Shown here in pieces: positions 47,317 to 57,519 of a DNA stretch of 64,000 bases. A program made the position numbers and the translations under genes. The stretch spans positions 5,557 to 69,556 of the forward strand of contig JAGVNI010000007.1 of the NCBI GenBank assembly GCA_020053355.1. The letters are read 5' to 3'. The stretch comes from an archaeon (GTDB lineage: Archaea; Micrarchaeota; Micrarchaeia; Anstonellales; Bilamarchaeaceae). Every line of letters begins with the position of its first letter. The first letter of the stretch is position 1. The notes beneath the pieces are model-generated. The model was given only the letters and a program-made list of their open reading frames with translations, was not told where the DNA came from and searched no databases.

Positions 47317-48237
47317 TTAAATCGGCTTCTCGAACTGCGCGAGCGCTTCTTTCGTCTCCTTTTCCATCTTTTCCATGACTGATTTCGTCTTCGCGTTGCA
47401 CTCCGCCTTCTTCATCTCATCGACGAATTCCAGAAACTCGCGGTAGTGCTTGATTGGGTTCTTGCAGCGCGTCCCCCAGTCGAAGACCGCGCATTTCATG
47501 TCTTTTCCAAGCTGCGGCCCATACTCTTTGAGCACGCGTTCGCGCGTCTCGTCCGGCATCGCCGCATCATCGTAAAGGAACCTCAAATCAGTCCCGTCCG
47601 GCATGAGGTGGAACAGTTCTTCCGCCACAATGAGGTAGACGTTAGCTTCCGGGAAATCCCTCTTCACCCGTTTTTCAACATCCTTCATGAGCCTCGCTCC
47701 GTTTACAGAGCACGCGAGCGAGCAGACGACGAGATTCTCGAGCCGATAGCCTTTCGTATCTAGCGAATCCAGGAGGTGGTAAATCCCCTGCTGGAGCGTT
47801 GCCCCTGTCGCAATCGTGTCCCCGATTATCACCGTGGCGTTATCGGGAAGGGATTCGAAGTTCTCATAGGTCGCGACGGCTGTGAATGCGCCCTCGCTTC
47901 CTTCGACCCTCTGCCGCTTTATCCCCAAAAAACACTGCGGGATAGCCGCGTTGAAGTTTTTCTTGAACCCGTGGTTCAACTGGTAGTACAGGCCGCCGGC
48001 AAGGAAAATCAATTCGGTGATGTTGCCCTTCTTCTTCCCCTTTAGGGCAAGGCGGCCGACCGCGTCCATGAATATTTCGGCGACTTTTTCCATCCGGTCC
48101 TGCAGCTCCTTTCCTGCGATGTGCGGCCTGAGCAGGATTCCGCTCCCTTCATCCGAGCAGATGATATACGTCTTATCCGGAAACCCGCCGTTTCCGGCCT
48201 TGTACATCCGATAACCTTCATTGTAGATTAGCTCCAT
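47317..48237 (-). CDS. phosphoribosyltransferase-like protein
   Basis: PRPP-binding-like VIIGDTIATGATL motif; otherwise unassigned. Confidence 0.4.
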   Translation of the reverse strand: MELIYNEGYRMYKAGNGGFPDKTYIICSDEGSGILLRPHIAGKELQDRMEKVAEIFMDAVGRLALKGKKKGNITELIFLAGGLYYQLNHGFKKNFNAAIPQCFLGIKRQRVEGSEGAFTAVATYENFESLPDNATVIIGDTIATGATLQQGIYHLLDSLDTKGYRLENLVVCSLACSVNGARLMKDVEKRVKRDFPEANVYLIVAEELFHLMPDGTDLRFLYDDAAMPDETRERVLKEYGPQLGKDMKCAVFDWGTRCKNPIKHYREFLEFVDEMKKAECNAKTKSVMEKMEKETKEALAQFEKPI

Positions 48238-48308
48238 AGAATCCCCATCCGTTCCAGTTCTCTACCTGCCAACATTTTTAAACACTTTTACCCAAAAATA
48301 TAAATATT

Positions 48309-48962
48309 ATGTCACAATCCTCCAAACCCCCACAAACCCTCAGGTCGAGGGATGTGGCATCCGCCGCCGCAGCGCCACGAGGGCTAAATGTCCCCCAGTC
48401 CGGAGGCGCCGCACCACGCGAAGCGGAAACCGGGCACCACCGGATTCCCGAATCATTCGTCAAGGACCCCAAATGGAACCGCATCCTTGAAGAATCCATA
48501 TTCTTCGACCGCTTTAACGAAGAATACGCCGACAAGACGTGCATGGTCGGGGTGGACGAAGTCACTGCCGTCAAATCCAGCAGCCCGCTTGCCTGCATCG
48601 GCACCTCCACGCTCACCACCTGCATGGGCATCGCCGCCTACGACCCTGACAATTGCGTCGGTTCGGTGGCGCACGTCATGCTCGCATCGGAAACGCAGGA
48701 TTTCGGGCACGTCGCGAAGATGATATCGCTGGTCATCGAGGTGGCGGGCATCATCGGCGGAAAACATTTCATCCTTTATTCGTTCAACGGCCGCAACGGC
48801 ACGCGCGAGTGGAACGACGCGCTCGCGGGTTTCCTTGATGCCCAGGCCGGCTCGCTGATATCCTCCGGCATCGTGTCGAGATTCGAGCAGCGGGAGGAGC
48901 ACAATTTCGTCCTGGACACCAGGGACGGAAGCATCTTCACCGCCAATGTCGTGTCCGATTGA
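48309..48962 (+). CDS. CheD-like (chemoreceptor glutamine deamidase family) protein with N-terminal extension
   Basis: CMVGVDEV...LACIGTSTLTTCMGIAAYDPDNCVGSVAHVMLA parallels the conserved CheD core (…GSCVAVCLYDP…GG.AH.MLP); no other che genes in the window. Confidence 0.4.
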   Translation: MSQSSKPPQTLRSRDVASAAAAPRGLNVPQSGGAAPREAETGHHRIPESFVKDPKWNRILEESIFFDRFNEEYADKTCMVGVDEVTAVKSSSPLACIGTSTLTTCMGIAAYDPDNCVGSVAHVMLASETQDFGHVAKMISLVIEVAGIIGGKHFILYSFNGRNGTREWNDALAGFLDAQAGSLISSGIVSRFEQREEHNFVLDTRDGSIFTANVVSD

Positions 48963-48973
48963 CACGCCGCCCC

Positions 48974-49765
48974 CTAAATCCTCCTTCCGCTCGCATCCCG
49001 ATGCGCCTTGCCGAATTCAGGGAACGATAACGCCTCTTGCGCGCTGAACACCGGCCCGTCGACGCAGCAGAGTTTCCCTCCAATCGCGCACGAGCCGCAG
49101 ACTCCGACGCCGCATTTCATGTACCTCTCGACGCTCACTTCGCAGGGAACATTGTGCTGCATGCATAATCTCGCCACAGCCTCCATCATCCTCTCAGGGC
49201 CGCAGGCATAGACCGAATCTATTTTCTTCCCCTCAATCAGGCGCTGGGCTTCAGCCAGGACATTGCCCTTCATCCCCCGGGTGCCGTCATCCGTGGTGAT
49301 GAAAACCTCCTTGCAGACAGTGAAAAGCTGCTTCTCCCATACGATGTCCTTTGCGGTCTTCGCTCCCACGACCGCCAGCGTGTCGATTTTGTTCTCGCGC
49401 GCGACTTTTGCCAGGAAATACATCGGCACGACGCCGTACCCGCCGCCGACGACCAATATGCATTTGGCGCGCTCGGGGATGTTGAACGGCTTGCCAAGGG
49501 GCCCCCGGAATGAAACCATGCCGCCGGGTTTCAGCTCGTGGAGCTCCCCGGAAACCTTCCCGACATTGGCAACTGAAATCGTGAGCGGGTTGGAGTTCCC
49601 GATGCTCATCGGCTTCTCCCCGGCCCCCGGAACCCACACCATCAGGAACTGCCCGGGAAGCGCCTTTGGCAAATCACACTCCAGTTCGATGGTCTTCACC
49701 CGGTAGTTCTCATCAACGACCTTGCGGACTATTGCAGTCCGGATTGGATTAGTCACCTTTTTCAT
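48974..49765 (-). CDS. pyrK: dihydroorotate dehydrogenase electron-transfer subunit
   Basis: FAD/NAD-binding ferredoxin-reductase-like fold plus C-terminal 2Fe-2S CGVGVCGSC motif; overlaps the pyrD stop by 4 bp. Confidence 0.85.
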   Translation of the reverse strand: MKKVTNPIRTAIVRKVVDENYRVKTIELECDLPKALPGQFLMVWVPGAGEKPMSIGNSNPLTISVANVGKVSGELHELKPGGMVSFRGPLGKPFNIPERAKCILVVGGGYGVVPMYFLAKVARENKIDTLAVVGAKTAKDIVWEKQLFTVCKEVFITTDDGTRGMKGNVLAEAQRLIEGKKIDSVYACGPERMMEAVARLCMQHNVPCEVSVERYMKCGVGVCGSCAIGGKLCCVDGPVFSAQEALSFPEFGKAHRDASGRRI

Positions 49766-50682
49766 GGGCAGCACCCCGTGATTTCCGGCAGGCTCTTCAC
49801 TCCGTTCCCTTCCATCCACGCCTTCATCTCTTTCGCGATTTCGCCAAACGCCTTCGGCCCCCTATAATATACGGCCGAACCGGCAGAGACCCATGAGGCG
49901 CCGGCCATCATCATCTCTATGGCATCCTCGCCGGTCGTTATCCCGCCGGTCCCGATAATCGGTATCTTCACGCTCCGGTAGATGTCATGCACCGCCCGGA
50001 CGATGATGGGCTTGATGGCAGGCCCTGTCAGCCCCCCGACCCCAAAACCAAGTATGGGCTTCCTTCTTGCCAAATCTATCTTCATTCCGGGCCCAAGCGA
50101 ATTCCCCATGTTAATGGCATCAGCCCCGGCATCTTCGGCCGCTTTCGCCGCCTTCCCCTCGCCTGGAATGGATGGCGAGAGCTTGATAATCAGCGGGAGC
50201 GAGCACTTGTCCTTGATGGCGCGGGTTATCTCCTTGATGGATTCAGGCGTCCCTTGGCCAGCCATCGTCCCGTATCCGGGGGTGTGCGGGCATGATATCG
50301 CGGCTTCGATTGCGCTTGCCCCGAGCGTCTTCTTCGCCTCCTCAACCCTTGCGGCAAGCTGCCCGAATTCCCCGGCATCCTTCCCCACGATGCTGATAAT
50401 GAGCGCTTCATCCCTGGCCCAGCCCCCGAATTCAGCAAGGCCCGATTCTATCCCAGGGTTCGGGTATCCCATCGCGTTCAGGAGGCCGCATTCGGTCTCG
50501 ACGATGTTCGGGCCGTCGTGCCCCTTGCGTGGCTCCAGCGTCAACGATTTCGCTATTACGCCTCCGCACCCGTTTTCGCATGCGGCCTCCAGGCTGCCCT
50601 TCGTCATGCCGAGCACTCCGGATGCGAGGATGATCGGGTTCTTGATTCTCTTTTTGAAGAATGCGCATTCAAGGCTTGCCAT
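49762..50682 (-). CDS. pyrD: dihydroorotate dehydrogenase catalytic subunit (class 1B)
   Basis: TIM-barrel PyrD motifs (NPIILASG, catalytic Cys region, GGITTGEDA); started at MASLECAFF (50682); the longer upstream ORF extension is rejected. Confidence 0.9.
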   Translation of the reverse strand: MASLECAFFKKRIKNPIILASGVLGMTKGSLEAACENGCGGVIAKSLTLEPRKGHDGPNIVETECGLLNAMGYPNPGIESGLAEFGGWARDEALIISIVGKDAGEFGQLAARVEEAKKTLGASAIEAAISCPHTPGYGTMAGQGTPESIKEITRAIKDKCSLPLIIKLSPSIPGEGKAAKAAEDAGADAINMGNSLGPGMKIDLARRKPILGFGVGGLTGPAIKPIIVRAVHDIYRSVKIPIIGTGGITTGEDAIEMMMAGASWVSAGSAVYYRGPKAFGEIAKEMKAWMEGNGVKSLPEITGCCP

Positions 50683-50799
50683 AAGCTCCCCCTGTTCGTT
50701 CGAAAAGAGATAATAAAATTCTTGTGATTGGGCATGGTGGCCGTTCGTGGCCAAATCCTGCGAGGTGGGGACTTGAACCTTTATAAATATTGGTAATGA

Positions 50800-51534
50800 T
50801 TGAAACGCATGAGAGGCGCAAACATAATCGTCATCCTGCTTGTTGTTGGACTGCTCATATTCGGTTGCACAGGTCCGACCCCCTCGGCACAACCGAACGG
50901 GGGCGGGAACAACCAATCAACCGGCGGCTCTGAAGGCACTTCCGGCTCATCCGGAGGCACAGGCACAACCGGCGCATCCGGTACAACCACTGGAACCGGC
51001 AGCACCGGCACAGGCGGAAATGAAGGCACGGGCGGAACAGGAACCTCCGGCAGCACCGGCGGCTCATCCGGAACCGGCGGCACGGCCGGCGATGATTTGA
51101 CCGGAAAGGGCTACGAAGCCCTTGTCGCGATGGGCATCCCGCTCCAGTGCGACATAACCGTGACGAATGACGGCAAGACGACCAATATGATGGTCTACAT
51201 GAAGGGGAGCGATGAAGTCCGCAGCGAAGTCGATGTTGAAGGCGCTGAGGCATGCACCCGCATGGTTTCCATCATGAAGGGCAAAACATTCTATACCGGC
51301 TGCGTCGACGATGAAATCATGCCGAACTGCAAATGGCTGCAGATGACCATCCAGGATTCCGGCACCACGACGACAGGAACATCGCAGCCTCCGGATTATG
51401 CCGATGTTCCCCCGGCCCAGATCAACTGCGTTCCCTGGGTGTATGACGCATCCAAGTTCTCGGTTTCAGGCACGGTCTGCAACCTGGACGACATGATGCA
51501 GGGATACCAGCAGGGCAACTATCCAAACGACTGA
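50800..51534 (+). CDS. putative secreted lipoprotein with long Gly/Thr/Ser low-complexity linker
   Basis: MKRMRGANIIVILLVVGLLIFGCTG (lipobox-like), then about 90 aa of G/T/S repeats, then a Cys-containing ~130-aa domain. Confidence 0.45.
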   Translation: MKRMRGANIIVILLVVGLLIFGCTGPTPSAQPNGGGNNQSTGGSEGTSGSSGGTGTTGASGTTTGTGSTGTGGNEGTGGTGTSGSTGGSSGTGGTAGDDLTGKGYEALVAMGIPLQCDITVTNDGKTTNMMVYMKGSDEVRSEVDVEGAEACTRMVSIMKGKTFYTGCVDDEIMPNCKWLQMTIQDSGTTTTGTSQPPDYADVPPAQINCVPWVYDASKFSVSGTVCNLDDMMQGYQQGNYPND

Positions 51535-51801
51535 CGCTTATGGCGGGGAACCACCATTCCACCCACCCATCCCTCCTTTTGGTTGGTGGCCAGCCCCCCA
51601 TTATTTTTTTAAACCTGTTTTTCATTTTCCCCAAGCGGCAATGGTTTCGCAATCCTGCCCGGTTTCCTCATCCGGTGCGGGGCCGCTTATAAAAGCCGAT
51701 ATGAATATGCCGAACCGGCCCAGGACAAGACTCGCGTTTATATTCTTTTCTTAGGTAATTGTATTCACTTATTATCGAATGAATATTGAGTGGTGGTACT
51801 G

Positions 51802-52884
51802 ATGTTCGATGACATCATCAAGGCTGCAAAGGAGGGGGGTGCGCAGCCGGCCCAGCAAGCTTCTCCGGCAAGCGAGATGGACAACGCGGCCATACGCATT
51901 TCAGTGATAGGCGTCGGCGGCGCAGGCTGCAACTGCGTGAACAGGCTTTACCAGAACGGCCTGAAAAGCGCGCGCACCGTCGCAATCAACACGGATGGCA
52001 AGCACCTGAACATGATAGGCGCGCAGAAGAAAATCCTTCTCGGAAAAACAATCACCCGCGGCCTGGGGGCAGGAGGGGACCTGAACGTCGCTAAAAAATG
52101 CGCTGAAATCGACCGCGACATGCTGAGAAAAGAGATTGGCGAGAACGAACTGGTGTTCTTAGTCGCCGGCATGGGCGGCGGCACCGGAAGCGGCGCATCG
52201 CCGGCGATTGCCCAGATGGCGCGCGAGCAGGGCGCGATTGTCGTCGCAATGGTCACGTACCCGTTCGCCCTTGAAAGGGTGAGGCTCAAAAAGGCCCAAA
52301 CCGCGCTGACAGAGCTGGTCAAGGTCTGCGACACCGTCGTCGTCATCGACAACAACAGGCTTGCGTCTTACGTCCCCAACCTGCCTGTGAACAAGGCGTT
52401 CGAGCTTGCTGATTCGATTACCACCCGGGCGGTGACCGGCATATCTGACACAATCATGTTCCCGAGCCTTATCAACGTGGATTATGCCGATGTCAAGACG
52501 GTGATGCAGGGCGGGGGGCTGTCCATGATTTCCCTCGGCTCCGGCAACGGCCACAACAAGGTGGACGATGTCGTGAAAGACACGCTCCAGCACCCGCTCC
52601 TCGATGTCAACTACGAGGGCGCCAAAGGCTGTCTCATCCACCTGGAAGGCGGGCCCGACCTGTCCCTCGGGGACGCGATAAAGGCCGGGGAGCGCCTCAC
52701 TGAAAGCTTCGATGAGAGCGCGAACGTGAAGATGGGCGCGCGCATAAACCCGCAATTGAAAGACGGGATGCGCATAACCGCGATAATCACCGGGGTTAAA
52801 TCCCCGTACATCCTGGGCAAGGGCGCCGAAACCGGCTCCCGCCCCGGAACCGAAGCCCAAGGCGGCGATTTGGACTACCTCTGA
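51802..52884 (+). CDS. ftsZ: cell division GTPase FtsZ
   Basis: Tubulin/FtsZ signature GGGTGSG, T7 loop, Ala/Gln-rich C-terminal tail; ATG at 51802 preceded by TATA-like tttatattc at 51727-51735. Confidence 0.9.
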   Translation: MFDDIIKAAKEGGAQPAQQASPASEMDNAAIRISVIGVGGAGCNCVNRLYQNGLKSARTVAINTDGKHLNMIGAQKKILLGKTITRGLGAGGDLNVAKKCAEIDRDMLRKEIGENELVFLVAGMGGGTGSGASPAIAQMAREQGAIVVAMVTYPFALERVRLKKAQTALTELVKVCDTVVVIDNNRLASYVPNLPVNKAFELADSITTRAVTGISDTIMFPSLINVDYADVKTVMQGGGLSMISLGSGNGHNKVDDVVKDTLQHPLLDVNYEGAKGCLIHLEGGPDLSLGDAIKAGERLTESFDESANVKMGARINPQLKDGMRITAIITGVKSPYILGKGAETGSRPGTEAQGGDLDYL

Positions 52885-52896
52885 TTTGGTGAACCT

Positions 52897-55800
52897 GTGT
52901 TTGTATCCTTCGACCCAGTTTTGTTCCTGGCATGGTTATTGTTGTCTAGCCTCATCCCCGGCGCAGCGCTTTCTCTCGCCCTTTTCCGGAAGCATGAGGG
53001 CTTCGGCCTCGTGGAGAAAATATGCATAGGCTTCGCCCTTGGGTTCGTGCTGCTCCCCCTGGTGCCATTCCTGCTTTACTTCCTGGCTGGAGTCAAATTC
53101 ACGCACGATATCGCCATGCTCGCCGTCGGCCTCCTTTACCTTGTTGCCCTCGCGGCGGTGTTCATCACCAAGACATACGAGGACTTCATGCCCAAGGAGA
53201 TGAAGGTCCGGCTTTCGCCTGAACTCCTGATTCCGGCCGCCCTGATAATCCTCCTCATCCTCACCTACCTGGTCCGCATCAGCTCCTACAGCCCGATTTT
53301 CCAGGAGCTCGACCCGTATTACTATACCTACGCCGCCACGCAGCTGCTCAGCTCCGGCGAGAACCCGTTCGGGGACTCGACCGCCTGGTATCCTGACCTT
53401 AACCTCAACCACAGGGCGGTGCCGATGCTCTCCTACCTGGAAGCGGAATGGTACACGCTCTACACGGGCGGCGGGGCATACGACAACATGCTCCTTGCCG
53501 ACATCGCTTCCATGTATCCGCCGGTCGCGGCGGTGCTTTCTGTCTTCTTCATCTACCTCCTCGTGTCCGTCGCGACGAAACGGGAATGGGGCCTCGCAGC
53601 GGCGGGAATCGCATCCTTCGTCCCGGTGTTCGTTTTCAAATTGGCCGCAGGAGAGCAGGAAATCCAGCCATACGCGTTCTTCGCGCTCATGTTCTTCTAC
53701 GCCATGTACCTCCTTTCGGTCAAGCGGAGGGATTTGCGCATGCCGACCGCCAAGGACATGAACATGGGCAAAGACGTCCTTTTCCCCATTCTCGCGGGGT
53801 TCGCGTTTGCCGCGCTTGCCATGGGGAGCGCATCACAGATACTCGCGGTCGTGTCCCTGATACTTTTCATACTCGTCCAGGCAATCCTGGTCTTTTTGCG
53901 CGACAAGGACGAAAGCGAGCTTAAGCACATCCTGCTGTCAAACAGCATCATCTTCATAATCGGCCCCCTGGTTGCAAGCGCGATAATCAAGCCGCTCTAC
54001 GGTGCCGGGGCAATCTCGCCCTCCATCGCGGTCGCATTCGCGATGCCAATCGCATTCGCCGCTGTGCTCTATGGCATCAAGAAGGCCGTGCCTGACCGGA
54101 TGACGGGCGTGGCTATCCTGGCCGCGATGATGATAATCGGGCTCGCCATATTCGTCGCGACCCCGCTCGGCGACTATGTGAAGAACCTGGGGAAGGCCGG
54201 TTTCGAGATAGCCAAGTACAACGCCCCCCTGGACCGGACAATCGCCGAGCAGGGCAATGCGGCGACCACATTCGGGGGCCAGATGGGATTCATCGCATCG
54301 AATTATTTCTTCCCTGCATCCATCGATTCCCCAAGCAATGCGATGAACATCATAATGTACGTATTGCTCCTGCCATTCACGTTCATCGTCAACGTGATAC
54401 TCGCGGCTTTCGTCGCGCTTGCCAACCTTTTCCTTGGAACCGACGTCGCCCTTGGCGAGAAGGACGTCAGCTTCATGCAGTTCTGGGTGTTCCTGTTCTT
54501 CATGGCCTGCGCGTATTCCGCCTTCAGGTTCATGAAGAAGGAGGACGAGGGGCTTTTCATATTTTTCCTGGCAATCGTGCTACCCCCGCTCGTCGTCGGG
54601 CTCATCAAGGCCAAATACACGATATACTCCGGCGTGCTTCTGGCAGTCGCCATCGGGTTCACCCTGGGCATGCTCGGGAGCATCATCGTGTCCATCTCGA
54701 AATTCCTCAAGCAGGAAGCCCTCGGTAAATTCGCATATTCCGTCCCGGTCGTCATCGCCGTGCTTCTGGTCCTGCTGCAGTTCGTGTACCAAGGGTTCGC
54801 CCCGTCTTTGATATGGGGCTCGACCCAGACGCTCTACCAGAACGACCCTGCAGCCCTGGCGCCGAAGTTCTCGCAGTTCTGCAACCAGAGCGGCGACCCT
54901 GAGGTGTGCGCCGCTGCCGCAGACCCGATGGGCTATGCGAACCGGGGCACGAACTACCAGTACAGCTCCAAACTGTGCATGCTCTCGCTTTTCTCGGACT
55001 ATTCCATCCTGACCTACATGTACGACAGCAATTCCTCGAACGACGCGCTCATCCCATCCTATGCGGCGACCTCGGCGTCATTCCGGTGCCAGAGGCTCTC
55101 CGACTACTGGATTGACTCGATGGAGTGGATAAAGAACAACACCGAACCCGGGGCGAGGATTACGTCCTGGTGGGACTACGGCCACTGGATAAACTACTTC
55201 GGGGAACGCAACGCCGTGATACGCAACGAGCACGCATCGCATGAGATGATTGGCGATGTTGCCCACGGATACCTCGACGCCACGCCGGAAGAATTGAAAG
55301 CCTGGATGGTCGCGCACGGAAGCAAATACGCGCTCTTCGACATGGAGCTCGTGTCCGGCGGGGGCTCGCTTGGCGGCAAGTACGGCGCCCTGAACTACCT
55401 CTCCTGCGCGAGGGACAACCTCACATCCGTGGCAAATTCACCCGGCGAATCCTCGTGCGAGGCGGACCACCTCTGGGAGACAGTTCTCGTATCAGGCAAC
55501 CCCTGCACTATATCGTCCCTGACGGGCAAGACCGGCCTGACAGCATACAAGGTTTACGCCGGCCAGACCTACCTGCCGTATTATCCGAACGACTGCATCG
55601 CGCCTACCGACGCCAGGATACTCTCATACTGCCGGGATTACATCCGCGTGGAGCCGGTATACTGCGTCGCCAACACGACCCTCGTCACCGGCGACACGAC
55701 GTTCACGACGTATTACCTGAACGAGACTTACCCGAACGGCGATTTGAAGCTCAATAAGGCCCTGCTCCAGCTTCCATTCCAGCTTCCGACAAGCGTGCAC

Positions 55801-56010
55801 CTGGGGCAGGCGACCGGGGTCACGCTTTTCTATACCGATGACACGGTATGGCTCGAGAACGGCCTTCCCGTTAGCGGCTATTCGGACCGCAAGGGCAAGT
55901 TCTACGACTCGGCCTTATATCGCGCGATTTTCCTGAACAACCTCCCCGGATTCACTGAGGTGTATTCGTCACCCAGCGGGGCGGTGAAGATTTACAAGAT
56001 AGCGGAATGA
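52897..56010 (+). CDS. aglB: archaeal oligosaccharyltransferase AglB (STT3 family)
   Basis: About 13 N-terminal TM helices and a C-terminal domain with the WWDYGHW motif; 1037 aa. Confidence 0.9.
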   Translation: MFVSFDPVLFLAWLLLSSLIPGAALSLALFRKHEGFGLVEKICIGFALGFVLLPLVPFLLYFLAGVKFTHDIAMLAVGLLYLVALAAVFITKTYEDFMPKEMKVRLSPELLIPAALIILLILTYLVRISSYSPIFQELDPYYYTYAATQLLSSGENPFGDSTAWYPDLNLNHRAVPMLSYLEAEWYTLYTGGGAYDNMLLADIASMYPPVAAVLSVFFIYLLVSVATKREWGLAAAGIASFVPVFVFKLAAGEQEIQPYAFFALMFFYAMYLLSVKRRDLRMPTAKDMNMGKDVLFPILAGFAFAALAMGSASQILAVVSLILFILVQAILVFLRDKDESELKHILLSNSIIFIIGPLVASAIIKPLYGAGAISPSIAVAFAMPIAFAAVLYGIKKAVPDRMTGVAILAAMMIIGLAIFVATPLGDYVKNLGKAGFEIAKYNAPLDRTIAEQGNAATTFGGQMGFIASNYFFPASIDSPSNAMNIIMYVLLLPFTFIVNVILAAFVALANLFLGTDVALGEKDVSFMQFWVFLFFMACAYSAFRFMKKEDEGLFIFFLAIVLPPLVVGLIKAKYTIYSGVLLAVAIGFTLGMLGSIIVSISKFLKQEALGKFAYSVPVVIAVLLVLLQFVYQGFAPSLIWGSTQTLYQNDPAALAPKFSQFCNQSGDPEVCAAAADPMGYANRGTNYQYSSKLCMLSLFSDYSILTYMYDSNSSNDALIPSYAATSASFRCQRLSDYWIDSMEWIKNNTEPGARITSWWDYGHWINYFGERNAVIRNEHASHEMIGDVAHGYLDATPEELKAWMVAHGSKYALFDMELVSGGGSLGGKYGALNYLSCARDNLTSVANSPGESSCEADHLWETVLVSGNPCTISSLTGKTGLTAYKVYAGQTYLPYYPNDCIAPTDARILSYCRDYIRVEPVYCVANTTLVTGDTTFTTYYLNETYPNGDLKLNKALLQLPFQLPTSVHLGQATGVTLFYTDDTVWLENGLPVSGYSDRKGKFYDSALYRAIFLNNLPGFTEVYSSPSGAVKIYKIAE

Positions 56011-56079
56011 GCCCCCGCCCCCTTCGGCACCCGGGCGCGTTGCGCGGCATGTGGTTTCCCAGCCCAACCTGTCGCGCTG

Positions 56080-56092
56080 GTTTAAAATAAAT
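56080..56092 (+). promoter_or_regulatory. TATA-box-like element upstream of gatD
   Basis: tttaaaataaatg about 26-30 bp upstream of the gatD ATG at 56118 (leaderless geometry). Confidence 0.4.
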
Positions 56093-56117
56093 GCCCCCAT
56101 TAATCGTGCGGGAGAAC

Positions 56118-57431
56118 ATGTACTCACGAAGGCTTCTAGAAGAATTCAGGAAAATGGGCATCGAGGCAGGCGACCGCATACGAATCCTCTGCGCCGGCAC
56201 CCCGTTCGAAGGGTTCCTGATGCCCCGCCCGGCCGGAGGGGATGAGGACATCATCGTCCTCAAGCTCGACAACGGCTATAACACGGGCATGAAGGCGGAT
56301 TCGGTCGAACTGGTAGGCAAGGCCCCGAAAAAGCCCCCCGCCGTGCAGGAAGATGCCGGATCATCAGCAAAGGGCGGCATCGCCATCCTCGGATGCGGCG
56401 GCACAATCGCTTCGAAAATCGAATACAAGACGGGCGCGGTATATCCCTCCATCACCCCCCGCGAATTGCGCATGGCGTTTCCCGCACTCAAGAAATGGGA
56501 TATACACTCCAGGCAGATTTTCTCGCTATTTTCAGAGGACATGAACGCGTTGCATTGGAGGATGCTGGCAGATGCGATTGAGGACGAAATCAAGGACGGG
56601 AGCGAAGGCATCGTCGTCATGCACGGCACGGATACGATGACCTACACCTCGGCGGCCATAAGCTACATGCTCCAGAACCTCCCCATCCCGATTGTCATCG
56701 TAGGCTCGCAGAGAAGCTCGGACCGCCCCTCAAGCGAGAACGAGATGAACATGCTGAACTCCGTATTCTCGGCCACGCAGGACGTTGGCGAAGTCACGGT
56801 GTGCATGCATGCCACGACCAATGACGATTTCTGCCACCTGCACCGCGGGACAAGGGTGCGGAAGATGCACACCTCGCGAAGGGACGCGTTCCATTCCATC
56901 AACTCCCATCCCCTTGCTGCCGTGGATTACCGGGTGAAACGCTTCGAGCGCCTTGCGGAATGGGTGCCCAGGCGGAGCGGCGGATTGATTGCGAAAAAGG
57001 AGCTGAACGACAATGTCGCCATGGTTTACGTCCACCCGAACATCAAGCCGGAGTTTCTTGCGAAACTGGACGATTATGACGGCATCGTGCTGATAGGGAC
57101 GGGCCTTGGCCACACCCCGGCGAATGCCTTCGACGACAAGTCGGTCAAAGGCGTGGTCAATCCCATCCGGGAACTCGTATCCTCAGGCATACCGGTCGCG
57201 ATGACCAGCCAGTGCATATCCGGCCGCGTCTGCATGCGCGTATATTCCACAGGGCGGCTTCTCATGGATGCCGGGGTCATAGGCGACGGCGCGGACTGGA
57301 CGCCGGAAGCCGCATACGTGAAAATGTGCTGGACGCTCGGGCAGACCAAGGACATGAAGGGGATAAGCCGTCTCATGATGGAGAACATCGCGGGCGAGAT
57401 AACCGGGCGCTCTGCAATCGAGGGGTATTGA
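56118..57431 (+). CDS. gatD: Glu-tRNA(Gln) amidotransferase subunit D
   Basis: Asparaginase-type motifs GCGGTIAS and HGTDTM; archaeal GatD N-terminal domain. Confidence 0.9.
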   Translation: MYSRRLLEEFRKMGIEAGDRIRILCAGTPFEGFLMPRPAGGDEDIIVLKLDNGYNTGMKADSVELVGKAPKKPPAVQEDAGSSAKGGIAILGCGGTIASKIEYKTGAVYPSITPRELRMAFPALKKWDIHSRQIFSLFSEDMNALHWRMLADAIEDEIKDGSEGIVVMHGTDTMTYTSAAISYMLQNLPIPIVIVGSQRSSDRPSSENEMNMLNSVFSATQDVGEVTVCMHATTNDDFCHLHRGTRVRKMHTSRRDAFHSINSHPLAAVDYRVKRFERLAEWVPRRSGGLIAKKELNDNVAMVYVHPNIKPEFLAKLDDYDGIVLIGTGLGHTPANAFDDKSVKGVVNPIRELVSSGIPVAMTSQCISGRVCMRVYSTGRLLMDAGVIGDGADWTPEAAYVKMCWTLGQTKDMKGISRLMMENIAGEITGRSAIEGY

Positions 57432-57519
57432 TGAAAATCGGGATTGAAATCCGTTTGGACCGCGGTCCAAATCTTTCAATTCCTCAGGTGATACTTCATG
57501 AAAATCGGAATTGAAATCC
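57431..57519 (+). repeat. 67-bp-spaced direct duplication of the gatE 5' end (22 bp, 21/22 identical) with an intervening 16-bp palindrome
   Basis: ATGAAAATCGGGATTGAAATCC at 57431 (overlapping the gatD TGA) and ATGAAAATCGGAATTGAAATCC at 57498; TTGGACCGCGGTCCAA palindrome between them, then GGTGA 8 nt before the second ATG. Confidence 0.8.

Noticed and set aside
50840-51253. Overlapping alternative-frame ORFs (50840..51100 +, 50855..51253 -) inside the G/T/S-rich lipoprotein gene
   Set aside because: They arise from the low-complexity GGN/ACN repeat DNA. The lipoprotein frame alone has a signal peptide and a coherent C-terminal domain.
52159-52860. 233-aa minus-strand ORF
   Set aside because: Antisense to ftsZ.
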